Part shown: one piece after another, positions 57,801 through 64,000 of the stretch
Numbering within the stretch: the first letter of the stretch is position 1
How the letters are laid out: each line of letters starts with the position of its first letter
Origin: Oculina patagonica
Lineage: Eukaryota
NCBI RefSeq assembly: GCF_052425735.1
Contig: NC_135770.1
Coordinates: forward strand, 23,932,001 to 23,996,000
Direction: 5' to 3'
DNA length: 64,000 bases
Program-made: the position numbers and the translations under genes
The notes under the pieces: generated by a model
Seen by the model: the letters and a program-made list of their open reading frames with translations, nothing else
Told to the model about the DNA's origin: nothing
Databases searched by the model: none

Positions 57801-59270
57801 GAGGCAATTAAAACAATTGGGGCGATTATATGAGAACCAGCCTTAAAAAACTGATAAACACAATCTTCAGGACTAACTACATTATAAAGCTAAAAATCTG
57901 CTATTGAATTTATCAGCCAATCAAACTTTGATTCTTATTAATCCTAACAATGCTTTTCAACGAGTTGCATCAGCCCCAGGTGATGTACATACAATGAAAC
58001 ACAAAAGGCCATTTGCACAAGAATTTATAATTTCGTCAGGTTATCCAATCCTAATGACGCAATGCTATGCTGGCATAGCAATTTCTCGAGTTACCAATCA
58101 CGATAAAATAAACAAACACGACTCACAGGGAGACTGAAAACAACAATCACAACCGAAACTAGGCAAGTCTAATGAAATGTCAAAGTAGGAAGGGCCTAAC
58201 AAAAATTACGCCTCTCAACAAACGCATGAAAAGAACGCAACAATTGGAGGTCACTTCAAAGGGATTTTTGATGTGTGGCATTCACACTTCATGCACACAA
58301 ATCATTAGAATAAACATTGCCACATTTAAAATGCGTGCACGAGTAGGCAGAAAGATTAAGACAATAAAACCTATTGTTTTAACCAAATGTACGCCTGATA
58401 GCCCTTACCTGTTGCATTTTCTCGAAGTTTAATGACGGCCTCGAGAAAAACTCCTCGTCTTCGGCGAAAACAAGCCGGTGTTTTTTCCTCGAGTGGCCTT
58501 CACTTGTATACGTAGTAGGCCTCACTCTTGCAGAGAATGCAGAATGTTTGGACAAAACAGTGACTTTACCAGGTGGACTTGAGCTGAGCAACAGCGGTCC
58601 TGTCTTTTTAGAACAAAGTTCTTTGATTTCATCGTCGCTCGATGAACTATCGTTGCCAGAGCTGGCGAACTGTTGTAGTAATTTGTGAGAGTTCACTTGA
58701 GACCACTTTCGCTTCTCCGGTACACTATTTTCTCTAGCTGGAATTTCTATCGGTAAAAAACCTCTGATGTTTTCTTCACTCGTGTCCCTCTCTGTATATA
58801 TATTTTCCTTCGCTTCTAGTTGTTCTTGTCCCACGAAAGACGACTTGATCTTTGCAGATTCCTCGTGTGTACATGTGTTGTTGTTGTTCAGTGTCTTGTC
58901 GGCTGTTATTAAATCAAAGTGAAAACGACAAATATTAAAATTGTGATATCGTTCGACGTTGTGACTGAATAAAAATGTGTTTAAACTATTCGATTACCTT
59001 TATTTATCTCCTTCAATTCGTCATCCTCGCCTGTACTCTCCTCTAAGTCAGACCCGTTCTGTAAAAATAGCTGAAAAAATAAAATACCGGGAATAAAATT
59101 GAAATACAGCTTTTCCATGCATGGGCAGCTATAAGAACAAATGAGTTTCGTGTCAACACAAGAGTTGTTACGAAGAAAGAAACTGCATGAACTATTTTTA
59201 CCTGCGGCTCATAAGGCTTGACTTCATTGATGGATTGGTTCTTGAACTTGAGAGCCAAAAATTTCAGCAT
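54838..59270 (-). CDS. FAM53-like protein, putative exons 59270-59202, ~59040-58998, 58902-58409, 54957-54838
   Basis: N-terminus MLKFLALKFKNQSINEV resembles FAM53 MVTLITEKLQSQSLDDL, and RPSLNFEKMQQ resembles RPSLDLAKM. The exon-2 acceptor is ambiguous and the last intron contains an assembly gap. A likely non-coding first exon lies near 60510-60620 with a CCAAT box at ~60640. Confidence 0.5.
55215..55378. other. Assembly gap
   Basis: Run of N. Confidence 1.
56492..57378 (-). mobile_element. Internally deleted hAT (hAT5-like) element with a zinc-finger remnant
   Basis: TIRs CAGTGCTCGAAATTAAC / GTTAAGTTCGAGCACTG; flanks TGTTC/TGTTG; ACTCGTCC subterminal repeats. Frameshifted RKFWESWKERYKWL and FCKFCREFP..GTNNF resemble the TTF-type finger of hAT transposases. 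Confidence 0.7.
57507..57843. mobile_element. Degenerate Harbinger-type MITE
   Basis: GGTTCTCATATGATC ... GATTATATGAGAACC inverted ends, with GATCG repeats. Confidence 0.45.
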
Positions 59271-62200
59271 TTCTTTGCTGAGAAGTCACTCGCTCAACTG
59301 ATGGATGGCGGGAACAAGATCGTTTTCCCGCGAGTTCCTGTGGCGTCAAGTTGACGTCGCAGCGCCCCTACAAGAAGAAACCAAAAAAACACATTGGTAT
59401 CAAAGCTTATACGGTAGACAACATAATCATTACTGCTTTATAACATACGCTTTTTCAAATTCTTCATTTACACTCAGCAAGAGTCCAAAACTGATTGAAA
59501 TGCATTTCTTGCGGTCGAGCAGCGATCACCAAAACAACTCAAGCTATTAATTCTTGTTTTCTTGCTGCATGGTAAAATATAAGCGTCCTTTGAAAGCTTC
59601 AACGAGAAATTTTATTTTTGGACCCTCAAACAGAAAACAGGAAATTAACTTTCAAACGAGATACTCGAGCCAACTTACTTACGAACTGAAAACACAACAC
59701 AATTGGAAATTGTAGATGCATCTAACCCAGCTCCCATCTTCGATTCACCATAGTTTTATTTGCATGGGCTTGATATAAATAAAAGCAAGGCAAATTTCGA
59801 GAAATAAACGAACATGACACAAAACATAAACTAGCACTTAATCTAAGAAAGACCTTCAAAGGTTTAAAGTAGGTTTAAATACAAACTCGTTCACATAAAA
59901 CGAGGAAAGTCGTACATTTGGGTAAAGGCATAAAAAATTCAGCAGAAGGACGGGTGGTTGTGCCCTACGAAAACACCACAATGTTCAGAATAACTCACAA
60001 AATGCAAACCAACAGTTTCACCTCGATGAAGTATTATGCTTTGAGCAGAACACTAAACCATTCAAGTCAAAATTCTGCCTTCGTCTAACTTGGCTAGCGG
60101 AAAGGAAAATTATGAAATAAGCTCATTTCCAACTCACAATGAAGGCCAGGTGCCGTTGACAAAGAAATGCGTGTTCGCCGTTTCTACTCCTTCGCTCCCC
60201 CGCGGCAAGCTACTTTTTCGCTATATTTTAATGAGAGCACTAACAACGATTCGAAACAAAATATTTCTACAGACACAACGACTCGAAGGATTCCAAGAAC
60301 GTAAAACTTCAAAATAATACCGCACAGAAGGAAATTTGGCAAAACTACAGAATACAGGGCCACTCACTCATTCTCAAAGTGTGTACTAAGCATAAGCTGA
60401 TTTATACGTATTCAACGACGGTTTCAAGCATTTGCGCGAGTCAACAAGCTCCTGAAACGAAGTTTGTACAACAAGATTAGAAGGAAAAGCCGTAATAAAG
60501 GAATACCTTGAAGCGAAGCCCGAAAATCTACCGTGTTGATTTCATCGTACGTTACAGCTTCCAGTTGGAGTTTGCAAGCGACGTAAATGAACACCCAGAG
60601 AACTAAATAAAGCTCTTGGGACTGAATCGAAGCGATCTGATTGGCTGATAGCGTTGAAGACAGCCCATTCACTGCGGTGACAGCCGGCCGCGCGCGACCG
60701 TGACCTCGCCGATATCATGAATGGCAAAAGTACAATTGAGTAAATAATATCAGCTTACATACACATACAATGGACATTCTATCTTCTGCTTTACAAGTTT
60801 AGGCATGAAAGGGCAGCATTTTGTAGCTGGCATTCGATTGTGGATTACATGACCTGTACTTAATAATTCTTACTTTATTCAGAAATAACTTGCAAAACAA
60901 AAGCTGTCACTCAGTGGCGCGCTGGGAGCACAGTGGGGGCGGGAGCAAACAAAAGCGATCGCGCCACGATAAATAAATTCAAAGATGGCATAATTTCCGC
61001 CACTCGTGTACATGTCCGGAGCTCTTTCTTCAGTGATAAGCGACTGTACTTGCCTTCGTGGTTTATTATACCATCTGTGCGTTTTTAGCAATCCCAAGCC
61101 CGACTGAAATATTATCCCTTCTGACCACGACATTTTTGAGACTCTACCTGGACAAAACTTGGTCACGCGAAACAAATGTCAGACATGTCCCATTAGCAGT
61201 ATAATGATCTTATTCGGTAAAAGAAGCGCACAATTTTTTCTCTCTTTTTTGTCCATTCTTTTTTGGCGAGCATTTTACAGAAAGGACGAAGCATATTTAG
61301 AACAAAAAAGCTTTTGTTAGCATAAGGAGTTTCGAGGACAGTTTAGTGTAAATTATGGACACTGTCAGCGTCATTAGACTCATTAGCGTCAGCGCATGAC
61401 AAAGTAAGTCCAATTTTGCACCCTAGTCGCTTGTGGAAAGTTATAGCTATTTACCAATTAATCTTTTTTAACATCGGTTCTATGTGAAAAACATCTCTTA
61501 AAAATGAACCATTTATGTTTTTTTTTTTTTTTTTTAACGAACATCAAAGGTGTTCAGTGATCAGAGAGTGACTGAGGCAGGTGGTTTCATTGCCCTGACT
61601 ACAAAAGACCACCCACAAGAGACTACTATGAAAATATCGGTAGCTCATGTGTTTACGTAACTCGTCTAGCAGATGGATCATTTGATTCATTCTGTCCCGA
61701 CAGCCTGTTTCAACAGCCTTTGCTTTAACATGCACTTTAACTCGACTCAACGACAAGAACAAGGAGAACATGTTGTTTAGATTACGGACATATTATTACC
61801 CGCGATTTGATACCGGAAAACGCGCGCAGCTGATAATGGGTTAATGGGCCTTGGCAGTGGCAGCTATTGAAAATGCCTGTTTCCCTTGGAATTGCTTCTA
61901 GCCTGAGTAGCTAGCGGTATTGTTGTGTTAGGTTTTAGTGCGTAACTCCGCCTCCCCAAGCCACTCGTTTTCGCGGCTTCGCCGCTTGCTTGTGCGCGCT
62001 TTAAAACCGGCCCCAAAACCCAACAACGCCAGTTTCTCGCAACCTCGTTCCCAGGGCTTTTTGCCTTAAAAACGAGGTTGAGTTTCTCAAAGGAAAGACG
62101 ATAAAAGGACTGTGATACCGACCGATTTGGTGAACTATAACTGGCACATATGAACTTTGTTTCTCCCCGAATTTCTCAAACCAATTTTCAATTTCGTTCC

Positions 62201-64000
62201 CATTGGAGGCTCGATAAATCGCGATTCCACTTACTCAAAACGCAGTATCTCTGTCATAAAAAAGGGTCGGCTTAAATTAGGATTAAATGTACTGTTCAAA
62301 AGGCTGATGATCCATCCGTGTAAACAAAGATTACCTTACTATAAAATTTAAAATTCAATTTTTTTTCTCAGTTCAGGGTTGAAAATAAGCAGTTTATATT
62401 TATTTGATTTATTTAGCTTTAATTTAGACTTGCGCTCTAGCGACTAGGCAATTTTAAAACATTGGAAACGTCAGCATTTAATTTTTCATTTTCCCATACA
62501 TTCAAATTTCCCATTTTCCCAAATTAGGCATTTTGATTACTGACGGCACTGAGTTTTATTTTTACATTTTGCCTGTTACTAACCTGAGATCATGCCCTTC
62601 TTCCCTACTTTTTCCCTCTCCCTTTCGGAAAAAGAACGCCCGATCGCAGGTTAATGTCACGCACAATCGAAAGGACACCGTTTATGTGGGAGAAAGGTAA
62701 GGGGAATAAGTGTTGTCCTGGACCCGAGAGCTGCCTGCCATGGGCGAGGCCAGTACTCGGGGCTAGTGTCAGCGAGTGGCATATAAGACCGTGAGATGGG
62801 TGTCACGGGGCACAGAGGCAGGGTGGCGTGTACCTATGCCAAGCTCCTGGAGGGATGGTAGCGAGGGGAAGTGGATGTGTCCACCGTTTCTCACCCAAGC
62901 TAAGGCAACCCAGGCATAGCTTCAGTGTGGGACTGAAGGGTTGTCGCCAGCAACACTTATCCCCCAAACCGTTTATTAAAGAACAACAACAACTAAAATG
63001 GTATTACAAAAATCGCTTTTTTATATATATATATATAAACTATAGATAAACTGGATATAACATCACAAATGAAACAGATGTAAACTAGTAGCCTACAAGA
63101 AATGCTTTGTCTGAGTGGCAACAGTAGAGCTATGAGATAAATGCGGAGGGTGGGTGGGGAAATAAACGCTTGAGTCCAGCAGCTTAACTGAATTGCAAGT
63201 GAAGATCGTCTGTGATCACAAGAGTAAACAGGGGAAGGCTGTGTGGATCTGATTGGCCGACAAGCTGTGAACGCGTGCAAGCTTATCATGTGTTTACGGT
63301 TCAAAGAGCGGGGTACAGATTGCCGGAAAAACACATCCACGGGGAGAGCAAGGTTTAATTGAGCTAAACATTAACTCCAGTTTATGCTTTGGCAAAAACA
63401 GCCATTAGCCTGTTACTAGCTTTAGTACGTTCGTTAAATTCTCATACAAACCTTACCTAAATTTAAACCTAAATTTACCTTACACAAACAAGGGTTCTCA
63501 CACCACGAGCTTGGGATATACCTACAGAAGATGGGACCTCTGTCTAACTGCACAGAGTAAATAACAGTGCAAATGGTGAAGAGATTCCTTTACTCTGTCG
63601 CCCGATTCTTTTCATATTTTTTTGCCCTTCTGGTTTCATAATTCCCCACATGCTCCACAAACTAAGAGCGGAGATTATTACGAACAAATTCCCGTCATCG
63701 AAAACAAAAGAGGGGTTAATTTCACTTGTAAAACATGAGTAAGATAAATGACATTATTACCTATGGAATATTATCAATTTGTGTCAAATCATTCGATAAA
63801 ACTCTTACCACAAAGACCACAAAATCGAACTCTTTGCCTGGAAGGTGCTCAGAAGGCAGTGCTCGAAGCCGGCAACGATTCGACATAGATTTTCTCAGTT
63901 TGTGAACTGACGATACACAATACGCAACGTCTTTCAGAATATTTGATACTTCACGTGCATGTGAGTTGTGAACAAAGATAAGGAGATCTACAGAGAGCGC

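Noticed and set aside
62655-63352. Possible solo LTR (TGTCACG starts, TATA-like motif, AATAAA)
   Set aside because: No matching inverted end, TSD or PBS could be identified.

Overview
AT-rich, intron-containing eukaryotic DNA, most likely a stony coral or related anthozoan (inferred from the repeat landscape, not proven). Host genes: ribokinase (RBKS, -) head-to-head with actin-related protein 10 (ACTR10, +, with a U12-type AT-AC intron); CINP (-) head-to-head with a ZC2HC1C-like zinc-finger gene (+); and a FAM53-like gene (-). The centrepiece is a ~21-kb DNA transposon (22761-43697; ~15 kb without a nested retroelement). It has ~2.1-kb terminal inverted repeats (outer ~760 bp nearly identical, inner ~1.3 kb diverged) and two intact, divergently transcribed, intron-rich genes: a 12-exon Sola1-like DDD transposase (~647 aa) and a 14-exon accessory gene (~602 aa; coiled coil, acidic linker, C-terminal Tudor/SH3-like barrel). 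Two adjacent near-perfect palindromes sit between the genes, and each gene points into a mirror-image AATAAA at the inner edge of a TIR. A young, intact BEL/Pao LTR retrotransposon (identical 135-bp TG...AA LTRs, tRNA-Lys PBS, GCATG TSD) sits in intron 4 of the accessory gene. Also present are many MITEs, SINEs, a 26-bp minisatellite and one assembly gap. All exon models were assembled by hand, and family assignments rest on remembered motifs, not database searches.
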